Below, in pieces: positions 9,317-19,100 of a stretch of 64,000 nt of DNA. The DNA comes from Candidatus Endomicrobiellum siamense (GTDB lineage: Bacteria > Elusimicrobiota > Endomicrobiia > Endomicrobiales > Endomicrobiaceae), in assembly GCA_031268145.1 (NCBI GenBank), contig JAIRXS010000022.1:9574-73573 (forward strand), written 5' to 3'. Within the stretch, counting starts at the first letter, position 1; each line of letters opens with the position of its first letter. The position numbers and the translations under genes are program-made. The notes beneath the pieces were generated by a model that worked only from the letters and a program-made list of their open reading frames with translations, did not search any database and had not been told where the DNA came from.

Positions 9317-9859
9317 CTAATACTTGATCACGGCCAAACAGCCATTTACATAATCCGATTTCGTTTCAAATTCGATATTACCGTTTGATATTTCTATACT
9401 TCCGTTTCCAGATTGCAAATACAAATACCAATTTTTCTCTTTTACTATTTTTGAAACAAATTTTAATCCGTTTCCTCTCTGTTCCGGTGCTCTGCCTGAA
9501 ATTATTTCAGTCAAAGCAATATTTATGGCTTGCTCATCAGTTTTAATATCATTTTTAACTTTTGACAACGTTTCTTTTATTCCCTGCCCTCTCTCTGCCA
9601 AAATAACAGTTTTATTTGCAAAATTGTAAACAAAAACAATACCTACAATATCCCTCCAATTTCCTAAATTATGGTCGTAAGAATTATTTCCTATTTCACC
9701 AACAATGGCAGTAAGCAAATAATCATTTGTTTCAAGCATAAACTTATTTAATTCCGACTGAAACAAATTTCTTGTCTTATAATAGTTTTGAGGGGGAATA
9801 ATACTATCAGTTTCTTGAAGTTTTACCCAATTTGTAATGTTGTCTAATATTTCATTCAT
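9317..9859 (-). CDS. small GHKL (Bergerat-fold) ATPase, anti-sigma-kinase-like
   Basis: 180 aa with N-box 'GEIGNNSYDHN', G1-like 'AERGQGIKE' and G2 'QRGNGLKF'. The stop lies 10 bp upstream of the STAS-like gene. Confidence 0.6.
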   Translation of the reverse strand: MNEILDNITNWVKLQETDSIIPPQNYYKTRNLFQSELNKFMLETNDYLLTAIVGEIGNNSYDHNLGNWRDIVGIVFVYNFANKTVILAERGQGIKETLSKVKNDIKTDEQAINIALTEIISGRAPEQRGNGLKFVSKIVKEKNWYLYLQSGNGSIEISNGNIEFETKSDYVNGCLAVIKY

Positions 9860-9922
9860 GTTTTCATTATACTAAAAATTTGCATATAGGGAAATATATA
9901 AAGACAAAAAAACCGCCACCTC

Positions 9923-9990
9923 TCCCCTTTGTCTAGAATATAAGCGCGGGCGGACAAAAAAGCCTCTCTCCCTTCTGGTCTTGAAACTAA
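9923..9990. repeat. copy B of the perfect 68-bp direct repeat (orphan fragment upstream of the GHKL gene, fused to IS3 debris)
   Basis: It is identical to 9206..9273. It encodes 'LVSRPEGREAFLSARAYILDKG' with no start codon of its own. Confidence 0.95.
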
Positions 9991-10472
9991 ATTACCACCG
10001 AAATCACCTATTAGAACCTCATACACCTTCCGCTATCCATAAAATGGCATTTCTCTCATTACTTCGCCTATCCACCCAACTATCGCTTTCTTTCGGTTCT
10101 TTTCATAATAATACTTTGAGCGGCTTATTCCCAAGTATTGGCATTGTTCTTCTATGCTCATCCCTTTCATTTCAGGTTCGACAAGTCTGCCTCTTTGCCG
10201 TATAATTATCTGTACTTTTTTTTTAAGAATTCTACTCCCGCATTGGCTTTCCCCAACTGCCTATGGAGCTTCCTCTATTTGCTCTTCTTTTTGGATTATC
10301 TCTTTGTCCTTTCTGTTCTACTTCCTGCATTTTCCTCTAATCTCTTTTTCTATATACCTATCATTTTGGGATGTACTTCATACTGCTGTGATAGTTCATT
10401 TATTGTTTTATCTCCCTTCAACGCTTCTACTTCTACCTTTGCCTTAAATGCTTCTTCATACTCTTTTTTCAT
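9991..10472 (-). mobile_element. IS3-family transposase remnant (orfA plus the start of orfB, multiple stops, 3'-truncated)
   Basis: The minus-strand translation reads 'MKKEYEEAFKAKVEVEALKGDKTINELSQQYEVHPKMIGI*KKRLEENAG...' then 'LHRQLGKANAGVEFLKKK' then 'MSIEEQCQYLGISRSKYYYEK...MPFYG*'. The order and motifs are typical of IS3 OrfA/OrfB, but the sequence is interrupted by stops and ends abruptly at the 68-bp repeat. Confidence 0.7.
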
Positions 10473-10753
10473 CAAAAAGGATACCATTAGTTATGTTGCT
10501 GTTGGAAGAATAAGCTTTATGTAAAAAACGTTCGTAATATCTCGAATCAATATCTGCTTCATAACCATCTGCTAAAACAAATAATTCCTCTTCAGAGTAT
10601 AGTTTTTTATGCATTTATGATATGGATTCATAGTGCCATTAGAATAATTAAGATATCCATAAAATTTTAACATTTGAACTCTATGTAAAAGAGATATTAC
10701 TAACAGCAGTCATAGAAATTTCAAATAAAGAATATGTCACAAAATTTAAAAGT

Positions 10754-10920
10754 TATGCGGAACCGTAACCTGGCGAAGTGTCGATTTCAATCGTTTTTGC
10801 AAGAAGAGAATTGGGAGTTAATGCAAGACTAGTCATGACCACCGGCCGTGCCGGTGGCTTGCACTGCCCCCTTAGGGCCATAGTACCTGCAAGGCCTATA
10901 GGCCTACCGATTCGCGCATA
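10754..10920 (-). other. GC-rich, highly structured 167-nt element of unknown class (possible ncRNA or IS200/IS605-end structure)
   Basis: There is a perfect hairpin ccaccggc-cgt-gccggtgg (10839..10857) nested in helix tgcaag/cttgca (10822..10827 / 10858..10863). A palindrome aggcctataggcct lies at 10892..10905, and a gccc-loop-gggc hairpin is also present. The ends are complementary over 6 nt (10754..10759 / 10915..10920). It begins exactly where TnpA homology stops. Confidence 0.4.
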
Positions 10921-11230
10921 CTTCTCAAATATCATCAAACTACTCTTGCCTTTCAGGTACCCCATTATTTGCGAAACACTATGTTTTGGCGGTATCGACA
11001 CGAGCATATGTATATGATCCTTGCACGCTTCTGCTTCAATTATTTCTACGCTTTTGTAAACGCACAGCTTTCTTATCATTCATTATCCCTATGTCTGTCT
11101 TTATTTTCCCATATATCACTTTTCTTCGAAACTTCGGCGAAAACACTTCGTGTGTGCTAAACTTTCGTTGCCTTTCATTTCCTGCGCTTCCTTTGGCTTC
11201 TTGGATAACGGTTGGCAAACCTGTTCCCAT
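10915..11230 (-). mobile_element. tnpA: IS200/IS605-family tnpA (Y1/HUH transposase) remnant, frameshifted and 3'-truncated
   Basis: Two overlapping frames carry 'STHEVFSPKFRRKVIYGKIKTDIG' and 'IRKLCVYKSVEIIEAEACKDHIHMLVSIPPKHSVSQIMGYLKGKSSLMIFEKYA' (HUH = 'HIH'). The C-terminal Tyr-bearing helix region is missing. An LE-like hairpin ccagca-ctgc-tgctgg sits at 11293..11308. Confidence 0.75.
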
Positions 11231-11322
11231 TATAGCCTTTGGAGGTTCTTTCGAATTAACAGTCTAGGCAAAGCTAAAGCTTTTTATTACCACCAGCACT
11301 GCTGCTGGTTTGGATACCAATC

Positions 11323-11354
11323 AAAAAAACTAGCGTTGTAAAACGCTAGTTTTT
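11323..11354. terminator. bidirectional rho-independent terminator
   Basis: An 8-bp stem ctagcgtt/aacgctag has a gtaa loop. It is flanked by A7 on one side and T5 on the other, and lies immediately downstream of tRNA-Asp. Confidence 0.6.
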
Positions 11355-11376
11355 AAAATATGTATCCTACATTACT

Positions 11377-11455
11377 TGGCGGGGACGACGGGATTTGAAC
11401 CCGCGGTCTCTGCCTTGACAGGGCAGTGTGTTAAACCAGACTACACCACGTCCCC
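11377..11455 (-). tRNA. tRNA-Asp (anticodon GTC), CCA encoded
   Basis: The reverse complement GGGGACGTGGTGTAGTCTGGTTTAACACACTGCCCTGTCAAGGCAGAGACCGCGGGTTCAAATCCCGTCGTCCCCGCCA folds as a cloverleaf. It has a 7-bp acceptor stem, anticodon stem CTGCC/GGCAG, loop CTGTCAA and T-arm GCGGGTTCAAATCCCGT. Confidence 0.9.
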
Positions 11456-11523
11456 TCGCACAATGGATTAATTATACACTAAGGACGGAAAAATGTCAAA
11501 TTCAAAAACTACAGAATATTTAT

Positions 11524-12774
11524 TTAATACTCTAAACCATTATAAATAGGAAAGTCTTTACACAATTTCAGCATGTCTTCTTTAACATCATTTATTATTG
11601 TTTGGTCATTAATATTTTTTAAAACTTTTACTATAGAGTGAGCAATCTTTTCCATCTCCAGTTCTTTCATGCCTCTTGTTGTAACAGCTGGAGAACCTAT
11701 TCTTATCCCTGAAGTTATGGTTGGTTTTTCTGGATCATATGGTATTCCATTTTTATTTAAAGTAATTCCTGCTTTTTCTAAAACTTCTTGAGCATCTCTA
11801 CCTTTAACATCCAGAGGTCTTAAATCAACTAAAAACATATGAGAATCCGTACCACCAGAAACTATTTTTAAACCATTATCTTCTAAAACTTGAGCCATTT
11901 TCTTTGCATTAGCTAAAACTTGTTTTTGATACTCTTTAAATTCTGGTCTTAAAGCCTCGCCAAAAGCTACAGCTTTTGCAGATATAACATGCATTAAAGG
12001 ACCGCCTTGCTCGCCAGGGAAAACTGCAGAATTAATTTTTTTTGCTATATCTGGATTATTTGTAAGAATTAAACCACCTCTTGGCCCTCTAAGCGTTTTA
12101 TGAGTTGTAGATGTTACAATATCTGCATATTCTACTGGAGATGGATAAATACCTGTTGCAATAAGTCCAGCATAATGAGCCATATCAGTCATATGATAAG
12201 CTCCATTTTTTTTTGCAATTTCACCTATTCTTTTCCAGTCCCAAATTCTTGAATATGCACTGGCACCGCTAATTATTAATTTTGGTTTATGTTCTAAAGC
12301 TAAACGTTCAATTTCATCGTAGTTTATAAGGTTAGTTTTTTCGTCTACATTATAAGCTACAATATTAAACCACTTACCAGAAGCATTATATGGACTCCCA
12401 TGAGTTAAATGTCCGCCATGAGCTAAACTAAGCCCCATAATCGTATCGCCTGGTTTTAAAAGAGCAAGAAGTACTGCAAAATTTGCTTGAGCACCTGAAT
12501 GAGGCTGAACATTTGCAAATTGTGCATTAAAAAGTCTTTTTACTCTTTCTATTGCAAGATTTTCAACTATGTCTACAACTTCACAACCACCATAATACCG
12601 TTTTCCAGGATAACCTTCTGCATATTTATTTGTAAGACAAGAACCTTGAGCTTGCATCACCATTTCTGAAACAATATTTTCTGAAGCGATAAGCTCTATT
12701 GTTTCTCTTTGCCTTTGAAGTTCTTTAGCTAATACGTCGTAAACTTCTATATCATATTTTTTTAGTTTTTCCAT
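11524..12774 (-). CDS. glyA: serine hydroxymethyltransferase
   Basis: 416 aa with '[10 protein letters not shown]' and '[14 protein letters not shown]' (PLP lysine motif). Confidence 0.95.
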   Translation of the reverse strand: MEKLKKYDIEVYDVLAKELQRQRETIELIASENIVSEMVMQAQGSCLTNKYAEGYPGKRYYGGCEVVDIVENLAIERVKRLFNAQFANVQPHSGAQANFAVLLALLKPGDTIMGLSLAHGGHLTHGSPYNASGKWFNIVAYNVDEKTNLINYDEIERLALEHKPKLIISGASAYSRIWDWKRIGEIAKKNGAYHMTDMAHYAGLIATGIYPSPVEYADIVTSTTHKTLRGPRGGLILTNNPDIAKKINSAVFPGEQGGPLMHVISAKAVAFGEALRPEFKEYQKQVLANAKKMAQVLEDNGLKIVSGGTDSHMFLVDLRPLDVKGRDAQEVLEKAGITLNKNGIPYDPEKPTITSGIRIGSPAVTTRGMKELEMEKIAHSIVKVLKNINDQTIINDVKEDMLKLCKDFPIYNGLEY

Positions 12775-12786
12775 TTTACCTCACAT

Positions 12787-13401
12787 TTATATATATTTTA
12801 ATATTTTGTCTGTATCTAAACAACCTTTACGAATAACAAGATAAGGAAATTGTACCATATCTATAACTGTGGATTCAAAGGAATATTCACATTTACCACC
12901 GTTAACAATAATATCTACCTCATTATCAAAAATCAAAGTTTCTTTTACATTTTTTGCGCTTTTTTTATTTGAAACATTTACAGAAGTTGTAAATATTGGC
13001 GAATTTAAAGCTTCAAGCATTTTTAACATAAATTTACTATCAGGTATTCTAATCCCTAAGTTAGGTCTCCCGCCTGAAATAAGTTTACCAAGTTCTGTCG
13101 TAAGAAATATTATAGTAAGCTGCCCAGGCCAAAACCTTCTTGCAATTATCAAAGCTTTGGAAGGTATATCAACTATAGACATCACGCTTTCTAAATTTTT
13201 TGTCATCAAAATAAGAGGTTTTTTTTGATTTCTCCCTTTAATTTTATAAACTTTTCTTTGCGCCTCAAGGTTAAAAGCGTCTACGGCAAAACCATAGACT
13301 GTTTCTGTAGGCACAATAGCTACGCCTCCATTTTTTATCACTTGAGATGTTATTAAATGCGCATTTTTGTCTTTAGATAAAATTTTTAAGGTCTTACTCA
13401 A
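12787..13401 (-). CDS. tsaC: L-threonylcarbamoyladenylate synthase (Sua5/YciO/YrdC/YwlC family)
   Basis: 204 aa with 'VAIVPTETVYGFAVDA', 'KGRNQKKPLILM' and 'NLGIRIP'. Confidence 0.8.
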   Translation of the reverse strand: MSKTLKILSKDKNAHLITSQVIKNGGVAIVPTETVYGFAVDAFNLEAQRKVYKIKGRNQKKPLILMTKNLESVMSIVDIPSKALIIARRFWPGQLTIIFLTTELGKLISGGRPNLGIRIPDSKFMLKMLEALNSPIFTTSVNVSNKKSAKNVKETLIFDNEVDIIVNGGKCEYSFESTVIDMVQFPYLVIRKGCLDTDKILKYI

Positions 13402-13402
13402 T

Positions 13403-14428
13403 TTATATTAAACCTGTAGTTTCTTTTAAACCAAACATTATATTCATATTTTGTATTGCTTGTCCTGAAGCACCCTTTACAAGGTTATCTATAGCCGAAA
13501 TTATAATCAGCTTATTTGTCCGTTTATCAACTTTTAGACCGATACAACAATAATTTGTATTCACGACATCTCTTATTGTAGGGAGTTCTTCGTTTTTAAA
13601 GATTTTAACAAATATTTTGTCTTTGTAAAATTCCCTATAGTAGTTTAGAACTTCCTCTGAAGAAGTAACAGAATTTTTTAAATTTACATAAATTGTAGAG
13701 AGCATTCCTCTTTCTATAGGTATAATGTGTGGAGTAAAACTTAACGTAACATTTTCTTTAGATAATATTGAAAGTTCTTGCTCTATTTCAGGAATATGTC
13801 TATGAAATCCTGCTATTTTATAAGCTTTAAAATTTGGATGTTCATTTTTAAAATACTCCTGAGCTACTTTTCTGCCTGCCCCAGAAACACCGCTTTTAGA
13901 ATCTATAACTATACCTTTTAGATCAACAAATCCACCTTTTATACTTGGAGCTATACCTAAAGCAATACTAGTAGGATAACATCCTGGGTTTGCAATAAGA
14001 GAAGCAGTTTTTATATCTTCAAAATTAAGTTCTGATAAACCATAAACAGCCTTTGATATGAAATCTTTTGCAGTATGTTTAACTTTATACCACTCTTCAT
14101 AAATATCTACGTCTTTTAATCTAAAATCCGCAGATAAGTCTATAACTTTAACACCTTCATTAATAAACTTTGGGCTAAATTCAAAAGATGCCCCATGAGG
14201 TAAAGCTAAAAATCCTAAGTCACATTTTTCTGAAACGAGATCTATATTTAAAGGTTCTATAGTTAAATTCAAATTTTCAAATTCTGGATAAACGTCTTTT
14301 AAAAACCTTTGCTCTGAAGTAGTTCTACCATAAACGCCCATTATTTTTACATCTGGATGCAGACTTAAAATTTTTAAAAGCTCTTCACCTGTATAACCTG
14401 TTATGCCAACAATGCCCACCTTAATCAT
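13403..14428 (-). CDS. argC: N-acetyl-gamma-glutamyl-phosphate reductase
   Basis: 341 aa with '[15 protein letters not shown]' and active-site 'ANPGCYPTS'. Confidence 0.9.
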   Translation of the reverse strand: MIKVGIVGITGYTGEELLKILSLHPDVKIMGVYGRTTSEQRFLKDVYPEFENLNLTIEPLNIDLVSEKCDLGFLALPHGASFEFSPKFINEGVKVIDLSADFRLKDVDIYEEWYKVKHTAKDFISKAVYGLSELNFEDIKTASLIANPGCYPTSIALGIAPSIKGGFVDLKGIVIDSKSGVSGAGRKVAQEYFKNEHPNFKAYKIAGFHRHIPEIEQELSILSKENVTLSFTPHIIPIERGMLSTIYVNLKNSVTSSEEVLNYYREFYKDKIFVKIFKNEELPTIRDVVNTNYCCIGLKVDKRTNKLIIISAIDNLVKGASGQAIQNMNIMFGLKETTGLI

Positions 14429-15117
14429 ATTTGCTCCATTTTTGCAGGATACACTAAAACTACAAATTCGCCAAGAAGAGATTTTCTGTTTTTTATGCTC
14501 TCTAAAACCTCTTCTACTGTACCTCGCATAAACTCTTCAAACTTTTTTGTTAGCTCTCTTGCAAGACAAATCTGAGAATCTTTCCCAAAAACCTCTAAAA
14601 TCCTTTCCATGGTTTTTAAAACTCTATATGGAGACTCATAAAAAATAATTGTCTTTTCTAAATTTGCAAGTTCTACAAGTTCTTTTTTCATTTTACTAGG
14701 TTTTCTTTTTAAAAAACCGCAAAATATAAAACCGTCTGTTGGAAGACCTGACCCTACAAGAGCTGTTATTACAGCGCTGGCACCTGGCAAAACTTCAATA
14801 TCTATATTTTTATTTATTGATTCTTTAATCAAACTGTACCCAGGATCAGAAATCCCAGGCGTACCAGCATCAGAAATAAGCGCAATCTTTTTACCATTTA
14901 AAAGCTTATCTACTAAACCTTTAAGCCTAGACTTCTCATTATAAGAATAAAAACTTATTAAAGGTTTAGATATTTTAAAATAGGACAACAATTTTAAACT
15001 TTGTCTTGTATCTTCACAAGCAATTAAATCGCATTCCTTAAGAATACGCAATGCTCTTAGAGTTATATCTTCGAGGTTTCCTATAGGTGTTGGAACCACA
15101 TATAAAGTACCGCTCAT
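14425..15117 (-). CDS. rsmI: 16S rRNA (cytidine1402-2'-O)-methyltransferase
   Basis: 230 aa with '[21 protein letters not shown]', 'CEDTR' and '[12 protein letters not shown]'. Confidence 0.9.
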   Translation of the reverse strand: MSGTLYVVPTPIGNLEDITLRALRILKECDLIACEDTRQSLKLLSYFKISKPLISFYSYNEKSRLKGLVDKLLNGKKIALISDAGTPGISDPGYSLIKESINKNIDIEVLPGASAVITALVGSGLPTDGFIFCGFLKRKPSKMKKELVELANLEKTIIFYESPYRVLKTMERILEVFGKDSQICLARELTKKFEEFMRGTVEEVLESIKNRKSLLGEFVVLVYPAKMEQI

Positions 15118-15177
15118 TGGTCAATTTACTTTATCAATTAAAAACTTTAACTTATAACGAAATTATAACATATCAAA

Positions 15178-16077
15178 TTAATTTGGGCGCGTGTTCCACC
15201 TACGATGGAACCAAAACCATTGATCAGGATTTTCTTTAATTACTTCTTCAAGTCTTTTATTATATATTGTATTAATTATTTCTATATCTTTTTCTTCATT
15301 GCCAGAGTTTGGCATTTGAAGTTCTTCTAATTTCATTTTCATACTTCCATCTTTCTGACAAACTCCAAAGGCCGTTATTATAGGACTTCCTGTTCTAAGA
15401 GCAAAAAAAGCTGGCCCTTTAGGTGTAGAAGCTAAGCGACCCATAAATGGCAAAAATACACCTTTATGACCCGCATCTTGATCTCCCAATATTGCTAAAA
15501 CTTGATTTTTTCTTAAAGCTTTTACTATTTTTCTAAAAGACATTTTATCATCTCTTTGAAAATTTAAAACATTAAAGCCTTCTTTACTTCTAAAACTTTC
15601 TATCATTGTATCTACAAAATCATTAGACTGCTTTGCAACTATTAAAGCTACAGGATATTTTTTTGCAAATGCAAGAGCAGATAATTCCCAATTTCCAAAA
15701 TGTGCTGAAAGCAGAACTAAGCCTTTCCCTTTAGATAGTGCTTTTTCTATCATATTTTTATCATAAGCTAACATTTTTTCTATATTTTCATCAGACATTT
15801 TTGATATAAAAAACATGTCTATAAACACTTTAATAAAAGTTTTATAAGTGTTTTTAGCTATTCTATTAACTTCTTCCTTAGATTTCTCAGGAAAAGACAA
15901 TGAAATATTTGTTAAAACTAACTGTTTTCTAAAAGGCACAAAATAAAAAACTATAAAAACAATGAACTTGCCAAAAAACTGTGCCATTGTGCGCCCTAAC
16001 AAAAATATTATAAATATTAATAACTTTAAACCCAGATACTCCAAACAATTTTGAAAACTTGTTCTCTCTTTAAACAT
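15178..16077 (-). CDS. lipid A biosynthesis (LpxL/HtrB-type) / lysophospholipid acyltransferase
   Basis: 299 aa with an N-terminal TM segment, 'SAHFGNWE' (Hx4E acyltransferase motif) and 'DQWFWFHRRW'. Confidence 0.75.
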   Translation of the reverse strand: MFKERTSFQNCLEYLGLKLLIFIIFLLGRTMAQFFGKFIVFIVFYFVPFRKQLVLTNISLSFPEKSKEEVNRIAKNTYKTFIKVFIDMFFISKMSDENIEKMLAYDKNMIEKALSKGKGLVLLSAHFGNWELSALAFAKKYPVALIVAKQSNDFVDTMIESFRSKEGFNVLNFQRDDKMSFRKIVKALRKNQVLAILGDQDAGHKGVFLPFMGRLASTPKGPAFFALRTGSPIITAFGVCQKDGSMKMKLEELQMPNSGNEEKDIEIINTIYNKRLEEVIKENPDQWFWFHRRWNTRPN

Positions 16078-16153
16078 ATAGTATTCCTAGTACTTAGTTA
16101 ACAAATTAAATTTTATATAAAACCACTTAAATAATATAATCTTGTATCATCTT

Positions 16154-19100
16154 TTAAGCAATCTCTGTAGTTTTGTTTTCTTGGTGGTTTATCCTAACAG
16201 AAATTATTTTAGAAACACCTTGTTCTTCCATTGTTACACCATATAAAACGTCAACCATTTCCATAGTACGTTTATTGTGGGTTACAACCAAAAATTGTGT
16301 CTTAGAAGCAAATTCTTTTACCATAGCATTATACCTACCAACGTTTGCATCATCTAATGGAGCGTCAACCTCATCTAAAATACAAAATGGAGATGGTTTA
16401 GCCATAAAAAATGCAAAAAGCAATGCAACTGCAGTCAGCGCTTTTTCCCCGCCAGAACACAAAGATATGTTTTGAAGTTTTTTCCCTGCAGGTTGAGCAT
16501 AAATATCTATACCTGTTTCCAATAAATTATTTTCATCTGTAAGCATTAAATCTGCTTCTCCGCCGCCAAAAAGTTTTTTGTAAAGATTTTTAAAGTTTTC
16601 TCTAACAACATCAAAAGTCTTTTTAAAATTTTCAACAGTAGATTGGTTAATTTTCTTTATAACCTCATGCAAGTCTTCTTTAGCTTTCAGTAAGTCCTGC
16701 TGCTGAGTTAAAAGGAAGTTATATCTTTGCTCTAAAGCATCATATTCTTCCTGCGCGGCAAGATTTACAGCCCCTAATGTATCCATCTTCTTTTTAATAC
16801 GATTAACTTCTTCGTTGTTTACCTCAACATCATTAAAGTCATTTTTTATTTCATCGTAATTTTTATTATAAACTTCTAAGAGTCTTTGTTCTAAATCATT
16901 TTTTTGGAACTCAAAATTCTTTAAGTCAACTTGCATAGAATTTACAACATTATTTAGTTCATCAGTCTTAGAACGCAAAACATGGGCTTGTTGACTATCT
17001 GAATCTAGCACATCTTGCAAAGTTCGTTTATCTGTTAAAGAAACTTGTATCTGAGCTTCTTTATTTGCTTTATCTTCGTATAACAATTGTATTTTAGCAG
17101 TTTCCTGTTCTACATTAGCGGTAAGTTCTGTAAGTTTACAATCATTTTTTTCAATTATATCCTCATAATGAGTTATTTGACGCTCTATATTAGTTACGTT
17201 ATCTTGAAGATACTGTTGCCCTTTTTGCTTATTTTCAAGCTCAGAGTTTTTTTTATCCCAATCGCTCCTTGCCTGCATCATTAAAGGAGCAATTAAATCT
17301 TCTTCTTTTCTAACATCAAATGTGTTGCTTTCAATAATTTTAAGTTCTTCGTAAAGTTTGTTTTCTTCATCGCTATAATCTGCAATCTTTGTTTCAAAAA
17401 CAGATATTCTATCGTTAAAAGAAGAAAGTTCTAAAGTTTTAGAGGCTATTTCTTCTTTATTTTTAGATATTTCCTCAGAAACATTTTTTATATTATTTCT
17501 TTTATCTTCAATTTGAGACTCTTTTCCTTCAATTTGAGTTTTTATTTTTATAGATTCAAATCCAAATCTTTCTTTTTCTAATTTTGAGCTTATTTGATCT
17601 TCTTTTAACTGGTCTATTTCAGATTGAGAAGATAAAATATCTTGTGACAATTGTTCTGATTGTAGTTGAAGGGTCTTTATTTGCTCTTCAATCAAAACTG
17701 GCTTTTCAAAGGATATTTTGCCACCGCCTTGCACAACTACTTTACCATAAACCTTATTTGCACAAACCAATGTATTGGAGCAAACAAAACGGATAATCTT
17801 TTCGTCTTGCGAGTTATACTTTAGATATTTTATAAGTTCTGTATAACCTAAAGGAAGGCTAACAACATTATTTTGGTAAGAATCTGTAATTTTATCTGCA
17901 ACTATAAAAGATAGCCTGCTCAAATTATTCTCTTCCAAAAAAGTAATAGCTTTTTCAGTTTTTTGTGAAGTCTCACAAACAAGATAGTTTAACTTTTCGC
18001 CAAGCGCAGAAGCTATGAGATCTGCTTTATCTGCATCAAAATCAATTAAACTGCTTATTGGACCTCTAGCTATACCTAAATTCAGCACAGCTCTAATTGA
18101 TGCTCTAACGGGATCTTGTTGATCAAATTCTTTTAATGTTGCAATGCGAGACTGATTTGAAGCTATCGTCTCTTTATATTCAAGCACAAGATTTTCTAAT
18201 GCTTTTATCTTTTCTTCATTTTCTATTACGGTTTTATTAATTTCCTCTTTCTTTTTATCAAAAGACTCTAAAGATGCTCCAGAAGAAGCAAGTTCAGCTT
18301 CTAACAAAGCAATTTCATTACTTGTAGGTTCTATTTCTGTTTCAAGTCTTGAAATAATTCTTTGTAAAGAAGAAATATCTGCATCTAAATGTATTTTAGA
18401 TTCCGAAAGTTCTGCTTTCAAATTTAGTTGTGCTTCTTTTTCTGATTCTAAATTTGAAAGACGACTACGGATTTCACTTTCTCTTTTTTCAAATTCAGAC
18501 AACTTAAGCTTCACAGAGTTATATTGTTCTTCTCTTTGTTTATATTCTTTTTCAAGTTTTTCTGTTTCAAAAAGCAAATAACTATCATCTGTATTCAAAT
18601 TTTGCAACTGTTCCTGCATTTGTGAAATTTGATCTTTACTTAAAACAAGTTCCTGCTTTAATCTCTCTTGCTCTGCTTTTATTTCAGTCTCTCTGTTTGT
18701 AGAGTGTTGTATTATTTGATCACATACGCCAATTTGCATCTTTATTTCGCTAGATTCTCTATTTAAGTTTACGTATTGTTCATTTTTTTCATCTAAACTA
18801 ATACGTGTCTCTTGTATTTTAGCTTCTAACTTTGCCATCAAAGTATTTGTAGTTTCAAATTCTTTTATTTTAGGATCTAGTTCATTGTTTAATCTTTCTA
18901 TTTCTTTATTCCCATATGATATATGCTGCACTAAAGAAGCAACTTCATATTTAGCGAGTTCTTCTTGATATTGTTTGTACTGCTTAGTTTTTTTTGCAGC
19001 AACATCTAAAGCTGTTATCTGCTGCTTATGTATAGCAAGTGCATCTGAAATACGGGACATATCCGCATCTACTTTCTCAAGTTTTCTTAAAGTTTCTTCT

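Noticed and set aside
9981-10524. Three overlapping plus-strand ORFs (74, 128 and 97 aa), Leu/Phe/Ser-rich
   Set aside because: They are the antisense strand of the IS3 transposase remnant. The minus-strand reading gives clear OrfA/OrfB motifs, whereas these give none.
10753-10915. C-terminal about 55 aa of ORF 10753..11079 ('RIGRPIGLAGTMALRGQCKPPARP...') as real protein sequence
   Set aside because: TnpA homology stops at 'EKYA'. The remainder coincides with stacked perfect hairpins and palindromes, so the open frame is incidental to a structured nucleic-acid element.
10754-10920. Idea that the GC-rich block is a group II intron (ACGGTTC-like string resembling a domain V 3' strand)
   Set aside because: At 167 nt it is far too short. 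It has no GUGYG 5' end, no complementary domain V 5' strand, and no RT/maturase ORF nearby.
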